From the NCBI GenBank assembly GCA_965216565.1, contig OZ244170.1, positions 2,272,001-2,336,000 of the forward strand: 64,000 nt of DNA. The letters run 5' to 3'. The position numbers and the translations under genes were made by a program. This document shows positions 53,770 to 63,221 of the stretch, piece by piece; the first letter of the stretch is position 1, and each line of letters opens with the position of its first letter. The stretch is from Bythopirellula sp. (GTDB taxonomy: Bacteria > Planctomycetota > Planctomycetia > Pirellulales > Lacipirellulaceae). A model generated the notes under the pieces. It was not told the origin of the DNA, made no database searches, and was given only the letters and a program-made list of their open reading frames with translations.

Positions 53770-54025
53770 TCATAAATTCCTTTAAGGACGTAAATTCCTT
53801 TCGTTCAATGCACTCTTGGATGTCTTGAATCTCGCCAGTGTCTATTTCCATAGACTCAGAGAGAGACTCTAGAACCTTGTAGACACCAACATTGATGTCT
53901 TCTAGGGTCAAGTGACCCGTACCCGAAGACTGCATATATGCTTCCAGCCATGCCGTCAACTGGCGACGGATGGTTGGCTCATACGCGCGTAGGATTCTCT
54001 TGGCATCAAGTGGAATTGTAGACAT
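53747..54025 (-). CDS. hypothetical passenger protein (92 aa), candidate antitoxin
   Basis: helical, with acidic C-terminus EIQDIQECIERKEFTSLKEFMSE. Confidence 0.55.
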   Translation of the reverse strand: MSTIPLDAKRILRAYEPTIRRQLTAWLEAYMQSSGTGHLTLEDINVGVYKVLESLSESMEIDTGEIQDIQECIERKEFTSLKEFMSERSMAS

Positions 54026-54312
54026 TTTAATAACCCGTGAGAGATTGCTTACATGCTGTACCGATACTCCATTAACCGCTATCGGCTGCGGCACTCCCCA
54101 ATATTTAGAACGCAACAGACGCTCAAAAGTTCGCTAAACAAAGAAAAGCCCCGCAATGTATAAAGCTTAGGGACCATTGTCAATCCATAGTTGGTCGGCA
54201 CCCTAAGTCTAGAATGGCAAGCGAGTTGTGTCAATAATAGAGTTGGTGGATTGTGACAAATAAGTGATACATCCGACCGAAAGCATTGGCATAACAGGAT
54301 TTATTGCTAGCA

Positions 54313-54936
54313 CTATTCTCCCGCAGGGGTGCCAAGGTTACCACTACATATAGTCCAACCGGACACTTCGGATCGGATAAACCGCCGTGGATTTGCATGA
54401 AGGGATTTCCTGACGCACCGCAGAACCTTCCCCGGATCGTCCTCGGCACGACAGCCCAACGCCTGAATTGCTACTACTAGCTCTGCTGGCTTCATACCCT
54501 TCGACCCCTCTAGCACCTCTGCGATGACATCCGACATCGGCATCACGGCATAGGGAGGGGCGGCAGTGTCGTTGTCGAAAGTGACCCAGAGAATATGCCC
54601 CTTGTCGTCCTTGGCAATCCGCCTCAGTTCCTTGCGGTCGGCGAGGGTATAGACAGCAGCTTTGACGGACCCACGATTCCAGTGGCGTTCTGGCTCAGCA
54701 GCTTGGAGAATCTCAAGCACTTCACGATTCGAGAACGGACGATCACGGGGCATAAACTCACGCACCGCGTCTATGGCCGTCTTGCGAACTCTCAAGCCTG
54801 GTTCTGGCTCGTCGCCTAGTTCGCGTCGCAGTGAGTTGATCTTGTCGCAGGTGTCCCGGTACTCTTTGCGCGCCAGCGTGATTGCTTTATCAAGTTTTTC
54901 CGCTGCCTGTTTCTTTAGTAGTTCGTAGGCGTCCAT
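54313..54936 (-). CDS. hypothetical passenger protein: coiled-coil N-terminus plus one or two winged-helix-like domains
   Basis: PFSNREV...SVKAAVYTL...ELRR and GMKPAELV...VRKSL...FIR...W patterns. Confidence 0.6.
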   Translation of the reverse strand: MDAYELLKKQAAEKLDKAITLARKEYRDTCDKINSLRRELGDEPEPGLRVRKTAIDAVREFMPRDRPFSNREVLEILQAAEPERHWNRGSVKAAVYTLADRKELRRIAKDDKGHILWVTFDNDTAAPPYAVMPMSDVIAEVLEGSKGMKPAELVVAIQALGCRAEDDPGKVLRCVRKSLHANPRRFIRSEVSGWTICSGNLGTPAGE

Positions 54937-55010
54937 GCCCAAGATGGTAGAATGATCGGAGGGGCTAGCAAGTGGGTCGATTAAATCCCACACACTAGGT
55001 TACCAGTGCC

Positions 55011-56007
55011 TCCGTTCCCCAGTGGTTCCTGTATAGAGCCAGATGCCTTTGTCGTTGGTCGAGCTGATTGAGCCAGCGTGGGTAAGTTCTGAATAGAATG
55101 CCAACTGATCAATACCATTGATCACCGGGTCGCTCAATTCCGTAAAGTCAGTCGAGGCCACGCCTGGTACCGCACCAGCCCCTTGGCGAGCAATCACATT
55201 TCCACCCAACGGGGAATACTTCCAGATCCCGATGAAGTTGGTCGAATTGATACCACCCCCTTGTACTAAACTTGCTCGGAACGCAATCTGTTGATCGTCG
55301 TTGATGGTTGGGCCAACGAAATTATTGAAGATGCTTGATAGATCGGCAGCGACCGTTGTGTTCTCGCGTGCTAAAAGTGTCCCGCCCAATGCGTCGTAAG
55401 TCCAAATGCCACCATCGTCGTCTGAGGTTACGCCTCCCGTCGTGGCAAGCGAGGCATCGACTGCAATCTGGCCGATATCGGAAACATGTAAACTGTTCGG
55501 TAGGAAGTCAAATACTCCGTTAGTGACGCCAGGAGCGGCAGAATCCCCAGTACGGACGACAAGTGAATCGCTGCCAGAAAATCTCCAGATACCTTCACGG
55601 TTGGAAGCGTCCACCCCGCCACTGCCCGTCTCAAGAGAACCACGCACGAACACATCCCCAGCATTGCTAACAGAAAGGTCTCGAAATAAATCATAACTCG
55701 CACCGGCAACCCCTGGGACGTTTCCCGAACCCTGGCGGGCAAGCAACGAAATACTCCCTTGATCGAAGCTCCAGATACCATTTGCATCGCCAGATACGAC
55801 TCCGCCAACGCCGGTCTGAAGTTGTGCAGGGAAAGCAATGGTGCCACTATTATTGATGACTCCGGCTTCGAACGTATCAAATAACCCGCCCGCTACTCCC
55901 GTGGCCGCGTCGCCCGACACGGCAATTGTTGTTACCGTAGCGTGGATAGGTTCACTAAAATATGTAGATAACAAGAGAACGAGCCAAAGTGATTTAGAAT
56001 AAGACAC
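55011..56007 (-). pseudogene. N-terminal fragment of the IS-interrupted PEP-CTERM protein
   Basis: signal peptide; INNSGTIAF, INDDQQIAF and GIW repeats; truncated at the target duplication. Confidence 0.85.
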
Positions 56008-56150
56008 AAACGATCTCGCTTTGGGACAGACAACAAGATGAGTATAAGGTCGATATGTTCGAGGAATACCCAATCTAACGGCCAGCAGGAAGGAATGCAA
56101 AAATTTGCACTCAAATCGTGCGCATCGCTTTTACTGATGGGTAGATTCTC

Positions 56151-57617
56151 CTATAGCAATGGGCCTAACAGCCGGGTGCAATTCTCTGCGAATTTCTGTG
56201 GCAGGGGGCGATTTTCCCACTGCCCCAAGTCCATCAATTCGGACTGGTCGATGTAGCTTTGCTGAAGGTCGCGGAGTTGCGAGGAAAACGGCGAATCATA
56301 CACGGCCAACGATATTTCAAAGTTAAGTCGCAGGCTGCGGGGATCGAGATTAAGCGAACCGAAAATACACATCTCCCCGTCGACACTAATGCTCTTCGTG
56401 TGCAACAGACCTCCGTTGAAGTTGGCGATCCGCACTCCGGCGCGGAGTAGATCCCCCTTAAAAGCCTGGCTCGCATAGCGAACTAGTAGCGAATCAACCT
56501 TAGCAGGGACGACGAGTACGACATTCACACCACGGCGGGCTGCTGTCGTGAGGGCAATTCGAAGTGATTCGCTTGGGACGAAATACGGCGTTGTCAAAAT
56601 CAATTCTTGGCGTGCTGCGTAGACAGCCATAAGCAGTACATTCTCGATTGCTTCCGCCTGCGAGGCAGGACCCGACGGGAGTACCTGTATGGCACAGTCT
56701 CCATGATTATGCTGCTGAATCACGCCACTATTTTGACGCAGTTCATCGAGAGTGCTCTCGGTTTCCACGTACCAATCTGCCAGAAAAGTAGTGGCCAACG
56801 ACTCCACGGCTGGCCCCTGCACACGCACCATGGCGTCAATCCATTGTCCAACCCCGGCGTCCTTCTTAAAGAATCGTGGATCGACCATATTTAAGCTACC
56901 GGTGTAAGCAACTTTGCCGTCGATCAGAACGATCTTACGATGCATTCTCAGATCAAATCTTACGAAAAGTGCCCGCAGAAGCCCGCCAGCCAGTGCAGGC
57001 TGCAGCTGGATACCCTCGGCGATCATCCTGTCAGCCAAATCACTTTTAAGAAATGCTCGACTTCCAATGGCATCGAGCAGTACACGGCAGATAACGCCCC
57101 GGTTGCTAGCCCGAATGAGTGCTTCGACAACCTCGTCAGCTCTGCCGCCCAAATGCCAAATATAGAATTCCAGATGACATATGGATTGCGCCTGCTCGAT
57201 GTCGGCTAACATCTTGTCGAACGCTTCTTCCCAACCGCCAATCAGTTCCAAGTCGTTTCCCGGCTGAGTGGGCAACCCCAAGGTAGAATGCGCAAGACGC
57301 GCCAGAGGTTCGCACTCAACACCTAGAGCCGACCAATTAACGGGCTGGCGCCGTGTGATGTCTTCCAACCAGCGTTCGAAAGGAGGAAATAACTCGATGA
57401 ACCGGCGTACCCGACGTTCGCCCAATCTTAACTCACCGATCATCAGATAGGCCAAGGGCCCGACTAGTGGGAAGATAAAAATCACCAGGATCCAAGAAAG
57501 CGACTCACCGACGCTCCGGCGTCGCATAATAACGCGAAAAGCCAGTGCAACCTGGACCGCCAGCATCGCCAGCAGCGCCAACCACACCTGCCATTGATCG
57601 TTCCAGGACCAGCTCAA
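56151..57617 (-). CDS. cls: cardiolipin synthase
   Basis: two N-terminal TM segments, HRKIVLID and HTKSISVD HKD motifs, TPYFVP. Confidence 0.92.
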   Translation of the reverse strand: MSWSWNDQWQVWLALLAMLAVQVALAFRVIMRRRSVGESLSWILVIFIFPLVGPLAYLMIGELRLGERRVRRFIELFPPFERWLEDITRRQPVNWSALGVECEPLARLAHSTLGLPTQPGNDLELIGGWEEAFDKMLADIEQAQSICHLEFYIWHLGGRADEVVEALIRASNRGVICRVLLDAIGSRAFLKSDLADRMIAEGIQLQPALAGGLLRALFVRFDLRMHRKIVLIDGKVAYTGSLNMVDPRFFKKDAGVGQWIDAMVRVQGPAVESLATTFLADWYVETESTLDELRQNSGVIQQHNHGDCAIQVLPSGPASQAEAIENVLLMAVYAARQELILTTPYFVPSESLRIALTTAARRGVNVVLVVPAKVDSLLVRYASQAFKGDLLRAGVRIANFNGGLLHTKSISVDGEMCIFGSLNLDPRSLRLNFEISLAVYDSPFSSQLRDLQQSYIDQSELMDLGQWENRPLPQKFAENCTRLLGPLL

Positions 57618-57669
57618 CGTCTACTCGTTCATGTGCAACTAGTTTATTGGAATGGTCTCTCGACCCACT

Positions 57670-58401
57670 CTAACTCAGTTCAAAATCAGCAACCAACGGG
57701 AGGTGATCGGATGCCTGCCTAGCCATCTGTGTTCGTTTGGCAAATGCTCTTCGGAGCCTCAATGACCCTCGATAAAAAATCCGATCTAGTGATCTCACCG
57801 GAAGCAATGCCGGAAACGTGCGGATGGCTTTTCCCGCAGATGCATACCCTTGAGGAAACATGACTCGACGGCCCAGACTTCCGTAGAAATCATTGTAGTC
57901 CCCACCCACAATTATCGGAATCTTGCTCGATGCTCGCGACAATGGATGCTTGGAGAGTAGCCGTTTGAGTTGCATCTTTCGCTCAATCCCTGCCAATCCT
58001 AAATGAAGATTTACTACTACTAACGATCGAAAGTGATGCCCGACATCGATTCGACAACGTGCCACAATCGCTCGTCGACGCTTTTTGGGACGCACGGTGA
58101 GATCGATATTCTCAACCGAATTGAGTGGGAACCCGCTCAAGATGGCATTTCCATAATGACCTTGTTTCAATCGAACGTTTTTTTGATACGCGTGATGGGG
58201 CATTCCCAACGCCTCGGCTAGTAGTTCAACCTGACAATCGCGGTGAGAGCGTGGTACCCCATCGTCGACTTCCTGGAGAAGTGCGATATCAGGCCGCAGA
58301 TCGCCTAACACCGATCGAATACGCTCGATCCGATAGAGTCGATCTGTGCCGCCAATACCCTTGTGGATGTTATAAGAAACAACGCGGAGTTTTGTGGGCA
58401 T
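57670..58401 (-). CDS. endonuclease/exonuclease/phosphatase family (YbhP-like)
   Basis: SYNIHKG, LQEV, GNAILS, GDYND, LDRIF, SDHLP; coupled to cls. Confidence 0.88.
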   Translation of the reverse strand: MPTKLRVVSYNIHKGIGGTDRLYRIERIRSVLGDLRPDIALLQEVDDGVPRSHRDCQVELLAEALGMPHHAYQKNVRLKQGHYGNAILSGFPLNSVENIDLTVRPKKRRRAIVARCRIDVGHHFRSLVVVNLHLGLAGIERKMQLKRLLSKHPLSRASSKIPIIVGGDYNDFYGSLGRRVMFPQGYASAGKAIRTFPALLPVRSLDRIFYRGSLRLRRAFAKRTQMARQASDHLPLVADFELS

Positions 58402-58552
58402 CGGCGAGCATCGCAGTCGGTAGGAATCAGCGTGAGATGTGAATTGCTGATTGTACAGCCTACAATACGAAATCTCAAAGTATCGCGACATCGCGGGACG
58501 CGACATGGCTGCAGAGACTTGAAACGATAGGAGCCACTCAGCAGTATCCGGC

Positions 58553-59398
58553 CTAAGCAGCTTTTCCTAGCGAAGCTTCCGTGTCGCTGGACTTCTGGCG
58601 GTTTTTTTTCTTGCGACTCAGATGATTGGCCCAATCAAGAACCCCAGGTACCAGACGTTTACCCAAGTAGGCCAATCGCGCATAGAGTTGGGGAATCGAC
58701 AAGGCGCGATTCCGATAGATTGAGACAATTGCCTGATCGGCAACACGCTCTGGTGTTGTCAGCGACCACTTGGGAGGAAGCTTCGGTTGCTCCCGATCAT
58801 CGCCAAGTGCTGCTGATTCGAACAAACGAGTATCGACGAAACCGGGGCACAAAGCCGAGACGCCAAGCCCGCTCCGGGCGTACTCGGCTCGCAGTGATTC
58901 GCTAAATCCCACTAGTCCAAATTTACTGGCGGTATACAGTGCCAATCGCCTAGTCCCAATAAGTCCGAGGAAGCTTGCTACATTCACAATGTGAGCTTCA
59001 TCCTGTGACAACATTGTGGGAAGCAATTCGCGAGACAGTTGAATCGGAGCATGCAGGTTGATCTTGAGCAAGCGACTGGCGTCAGCTGCAGACATCTTTG
59101 CTGTCTCGCCGTAGTACGCTATCCCCGCGTTGTTTACCAAGACATCGATGCTAGAGCACCGGGAGCGGGCATCCTCCGCAGTTGTTGTTATCTGAGCTGA
59201 GTTTGCCAAGTCGCAACACTGCGTCAGCACTTGGACGCCTGAGCGAGCGGCCTCAATGGCTACGTTCTCCAAACCCTCTTCGTTAACGTCGATCAGATAG
59301 AGGTGGGCCCCCTCGCCAGCGAGACGCAGAGCAATCGCTCGACCAATCCCAGAAGCGGCACCTGTGACAACTGCAGTTCTGTCTCTGAGAGTTTGCAT
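58553..59398 (-). CDS. short-chain dehydrogenase/reductase
   Basis: TGAASGIG, NNAG, YTASK, CPGFVDT. Confidence 0.92.
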   Translation of the reverse strand: MQTLRDRTAVVTGAASGIGRAIALRLAGEGAHLYLIDVNEEGLENVAIEAARSGVQVLTQCCDLANSAQITTTAEDARSRCSSIDVLVNNAGIAYYGETAKMSAADASRLLKINLHAPIQLSRELLPTMLSQDEAHIVNVASFLGLIGTRRLALYTASKFGLVGFSESLRAEYARSGLGVSALCPGFVDTRLFESAALGDDREQPKLPPKWSLTTPERVADQAIVSIYRNRALSIPQLYARLAYLGKRLVPGVLDWANHLSRKKKNRQKSSDTEASLGKAA

Positions 59399-59413
59399 CC
59401 TGCCTCGAACTTG

Positions 59414-60514
59414 TTAGGCCACGCGCTTGGAATCGACGGGAATATCGTGGCCCAGTTTAGCGGCATCGACAGAACGGCTCAAGTTGAAGTGGTCGTGGCC
59501 CCGCAACAGCGCGACACCCCAGTTATCCAAATGGTACTTCCCGCCATTGTAGACCGAACGGTAGTACTTCTTATTGGGATACACCGGCACGTTCGTCGGA
59601 ACGATCCGCATATTGAATGCTAGCCTATGGCGATCGGTCGTGTTCGGAGGCGAGCCATGAATACAGCGTTGGGTAAAGATGACAATTTGCCCTGCTTTCA
59701 CCGGCAGCGTGACCAGGTTGCCAGCATCTCTGTCAAATTCCAAGGTAAACTTCGCATTGTAGAACGCTTCCTCGCCACCGAATCGAACAGTCCGTATCTC
59801 GCGATGACTTCCGCGCACAAATTGCAAGCAGCCGTTTTCAGGCACTGCATCGTCCACAGCAACCCATACCGTCAGCTGGAACATCTCGGACTTGTTTGGT
59901 GGAAAGATGGCAGGATCAAGATAATCTTCTACCATGAAAGTACTCGCCTGATGGCATTCAATGGCTGGCGCATGAGGTGGTTTGAAAAACATTTGCGAAC
60001 GCCAACAAAGCAAGTTGGGCCCCAGGAGTTGAGCCACTCGTTCCGTGATGGCGGGATGCGACATGTAGTTCCATAAACGAGGCATTTCTAAGTGCCGATC
60101 TCGTGGAGAACGGAATCCATAAGTCCGCGACTTAGCATTCTCCTGTGCAAGCATTTCGCCTCTAAAATCGGCCATTTCTCGTGGGTCGAACGCGTCGAAC
60201 GGGCCAATAAATCCGTCCGTGTATAGACTGCGAATCTGGTCTGACTCAAGGCGATACTTTTGATCGACCAACACCTTGGGCTCAAAGGATGTAGGCATCT
60301 TGAATTCACAGGGCTCGTCGATATAGGCCCGCGTAACACCCGATTTAATCAACATCCAAAACATACTGTAGTGCCAATGGGTTACTATCGATCTCAGTGC
60401 GCGCGGCAGAATCGCCTTAGGTAATCGAAGCGCCTTGTAGGCCATCAATACCAAGAGCGAAGGAACAATAATAAGACGTTGCCAAACAGGGCGTATTTTT
60501 GGATGGAGATTCAT
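59414..60514 (-). CDS. Fe(II)/2OG-dependent PhyH-family enzyme, SyrB2-like putative halogenase
   Basis: RDRHL, CWRSQMFFK, HQASTF (HxA), TVWVA, NGCLQF..GSH, IHGS.PN, R....RIVP..V.VYP. Confidence 0.75.
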   Translation of the reverse strand: MNLHPKIRPVWQRLIIVPSLLVLMAYKALRLPKAILPRALRSIVTHWHYSMFWMLIKSGVTRAYIDEPCEFKMPTSFEPKVLVDQKYRLESDQIRSLYTDGFIGPFDAFDPREMADFRGEMLAQENAKSRTYGFRSPRDRHLEMPRLWNYMSHPAITERVAQLLGPNLLCWRSQMFFKPPHAPAIECHQASTFMVEDYLDPAIFPPNKSEMFQLTVWVAVDDAVPENGCLQFVRGSHREIRTVRFGGEEAFYNAKFTLEFDRDAGNLVTLPVKAGQIVIFTQRCIHGSPPNTTDRHRLAFNMRIVPTNVPVYPNKKYYRSVYNGGKYHLDNWGVALLRGHDHFNLSRSVDAAKLGHDIPVDSKRVA

Positions 60515-60890
60515 GGATCAATTCAACTCAGCTAGGAACATATTCGGAGAATAGTGGTCTTCTCAGGTAGCAGTTAGGTAAACTTGGCTGTCATTTCAGG
60601 GTGCGTAGCCTGAAACAATTATCGGAAGACTGCAGGCGACCAGATAAATGAAATTACGGTAAATGGACTGCGCTGCGACCACTGCAGGCATCGTGGACTC
60701 AGGCATGCTGAATCTCTCCACCCACTGCTCGTCCTGTGCAATTGATGCAGTTGCGATCCGCTGACAGACGCCTGTCATTAGCATGAATGCCCCCAGAGGC
60801 AGAATCGCCAGAGAAATCGGCAGAAGTTTTTTGGGTTTGCTAGCACTTTCGTTTAGAATGGGCGAGAGCCAAGTTCTTTCGGGGAGTTAC

Positions 60891-62354
60891 ATGACTGCTG
60901 GATTGCCCAACTCTGAGCAAGACAACACCGACGATCTGTCTGCTAGCGATCCTGACTTAGAAGGTGTCGAGAATTTCATTTTCGAAGCCACGGCAGGCGT
61001 CCGCACTGACGCCGCGCACGAAAAGGGAGAAGTTGCTCCCCGTCTGGCGAGGATTGCAAACAGCAATCCACCCGGCAACGATTCGAACGCTAAGGAGTCC
61101 GCCACTTCTTCCCCCGCGTCTGCCAGGCAAGGAAAGCGTGGAGTTACAACAAATTCCTCCATCCAGCCAGCAGTGCCTGAGGCAGCATTGGCTGAGGCAA
61201 CCCTCACCCAATCGAAAGTCATCAACAAGGCAAAACGGCATAGCCGGAAAGCCACGGCTTATGAGAACTCATTAAACCCCGCTAGCCGCTATGCATTGAA
61301 AGAGCGCAAGTCGGGCGCCAAAAAGCGGCGACGCAGCGCGCCTCCTTGGGCAGTGAGTCTGGGGATACATGCTGCCATTCTTTCCGTGTTAAGCCTATTT
61401 ACTCTCGCGACTCTCGAGCCGGATGAATTCCTCGTTTGGTCCAACGCCCCCGTAATGGACGATGTGGAAGAATTTCAAGAATTGGAAATCGAGTCACAGC
61501 TTGATCTGGAGGAACTGGAAACAGAACTCCCAACTGAGTTAGAAGACGCAGGGATGGCAGCGTTGGGAGATGTTTCGGCGGACAGCGTCTTTTCCGAAAT
61601 AAGCCATAGCGGTCCGCTATCTGGTGAATCCATCGGTGAGTGGGGCTCCATGTTTGGCGATCAGGGCTCGGGCTTGGCAGATCTTGGGCTAGGTGAAGGT
61701 AATGCGCTGACAGAGTTTTTCGGTACCAAGAGCAAAGCTCGCAATGTCGTGTTCGTGATCGATAACACAAGCAGCATGGCCTCGGGTGGCCTGGAAACGG
61801 TGATTGTAGAGATGATGAAAACCGTCGAATCACTCGATTCTAAGCAGCGGTTTTACGTCTACTTCTTTAGCGATCAGGTTTACCCACTGTTCTATCCTCA
61901 ACCAGTGAGCACGCTGATTCGCCCCACCGCCGCGAACAAGAAAAGCTTGAGACGCTGGCTAGATACGGTTGAGTTCTGCACTGGCGGTGTCTGGCAGTTG
62001 ACGCAAGCTCTCGAGGCAGCCTATAAGTTGGATCCGGACGTAGTTTACTTGCTAACCGACGGTAGGCACTGGGGGGCAGTGCGTGCTGATTACAAAGTTG
62101 AAGCCGTCAAGAACCTGCGATCCACCGCGAACCCGCAGGGAATTCCAGTACACACTCTGGGGATGGGCTGCCAAACGGACTTCGATCGCGAGAATCTCGC
62201 CCAGGTGGCCGAGGCCAATAGCGGAACATTTCGAGAAGTCGCCGTGAGCCCCGCGATGGTTCGTGTGGCGGAGACGATGAACCGTCCGAAGCACGACTAC
62301 AACACAGGACCGGGACCGGTCTGGGGAACGTTGGTACCGAAGCGGCGCAATTGA
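60891..62354 (+). CDS. membrane-anchored VWA domain protein (start uncertain)
   Basis: WAVSLGIH TM segment, EFFG, VFVIDNTSSM, LLTDG. Confidence 0.75.
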   Translation: MTAGLPNSEQDNTDDLSASDPDLEGVENFIFEATAGVRTDAAHEKGEVAPRLARIANSNPPGNDSNAKESATSSPASARQGKRGVTTNSSIQPAVPEAALAEATLTQSKVINKAKRHSRKATAYENSLNPASRYALKERKSGAKKRRRSAPPWAVSLGIHAAILSVLSLFTLATLEPDEFLVWSNAPVMDDVEEFQELEIESQLDLEELETELPTELEDAGMAALGDVSADSVFSEISHSGPLSGESIGEWGSMFGDQGSGLADLGLGEGNALTEFFGTKSKARNVVFVIDNTSSMASGGLETVIVEMMKTVESLDSKQRFYVYFFSDQVYPLFYPQPVSTLIRPTAANKKSLRRWLDTVEFCTGGVWQLTQALEAAYKLDPDVVYLLTDGRHWGAVRADYKVEAVKNLRSTANPQGIPVHTLGMGCQTDFDRENLAQVAEANSGTFREVAVSPAMVRVAETMNRPKHDYNTGPGPVWGTLVPKRRN

Positions 62355-63221
62355 GGCGCCTTTGATGTCTTGCCTTCGCTAGATCTGCGAAGAGCCCACT
62401 GCTGTTCGAATTCTGGGGCTAACAAAAAAAGCGGGCCTCGAACGAGCCAAATACGTTTGACTTAATAAAACGGTCAGGGGCAATTGAACCGCTTCATCAC
62501 AGATCGTTCGGGGCCCGCAGGCCAGTAAGTTTGGTTAGTTTGTTGGTAGAGCCGACTATCTCGAAACTCCCATTGTCGAGAGTCTCGAGACAATCGCCCA
62601 ACAAACTAATGAGGCCCACGATCGAGGATCCACGTCCGCCAGCCTCATCTGTATATAAGGCACTTCACGTGCCAACCTGGGGGGCATAGAGCGTTGGGCA
62701 GAGCCCAACCACCTTGCTTAAATACCTAGTGGCAATAGATTTAGAGTGAGACAAATTTCCCGGCTGTCAGAGATAGCTCTGCTCCTCGTAAGTCGGGTCT
62801 GTCCAATAATGACTAGGGCGGAATACTGCACTCGAAGGTGAATTGTCTTAAATGAACACACCGCTTGAAACACCTCGACTTTCGGCACCAAATGGACCCG
62901 ATTTCGTCTCATTTTGCGATGCTCCGTTCCAGATTGAACGTCACAAACTTAAACCATACAATGAGATACGCAAATTACATGCGGCAGGCGAAAGGCTTGG
63001 GATCTGCGGAAATGTCCGTTTCTCAATAGCTGGCCTGGAATTCGGCGGATTCTCGTTTCGAGACACGATTGCATTGCCAATTCTTGGTCAATCGAGGGTC
63101 CCGTTAGAATTCCTCCGCACTGCGGAACCAATACACCGCGTAGTCCGTAGGGAGTAGTGAGGTTATATTGCTCCCTCCTGCGATACTAATTCACACTTAT
63201 AACGTCCATGGAGTCTGACTG

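Larger units (their letters stand above)
51112..55010. mobile_element. IS1-family insertion element with passenger genes (3,899 bp)
   Basis: TIRs 51112-51139 and 54983-55010 (GGCACTGGTAACCTnnnGTGTGGGATTT, 25/28 match); 8-bp TSD TCCGTTCC at 51104-51111 and 55011-55018; internal IS1-type transposase. Confidence 0.95.

Noticed and set aside
51928..54077. 12-bp repeat TACTCCATTAAC occurring twice inside the IS
   Set aside because: A single 12-mer match within 3.9 kb is compatible with chance.
62355..63220. Long spacer before kdsA with ORF 62852-63157 and a GGGGCAATTGAACC stretch faintly like a tRNA T-arm complement
   Set aside because: No cloverleaf, repeat or recognisable protein motif could be established.
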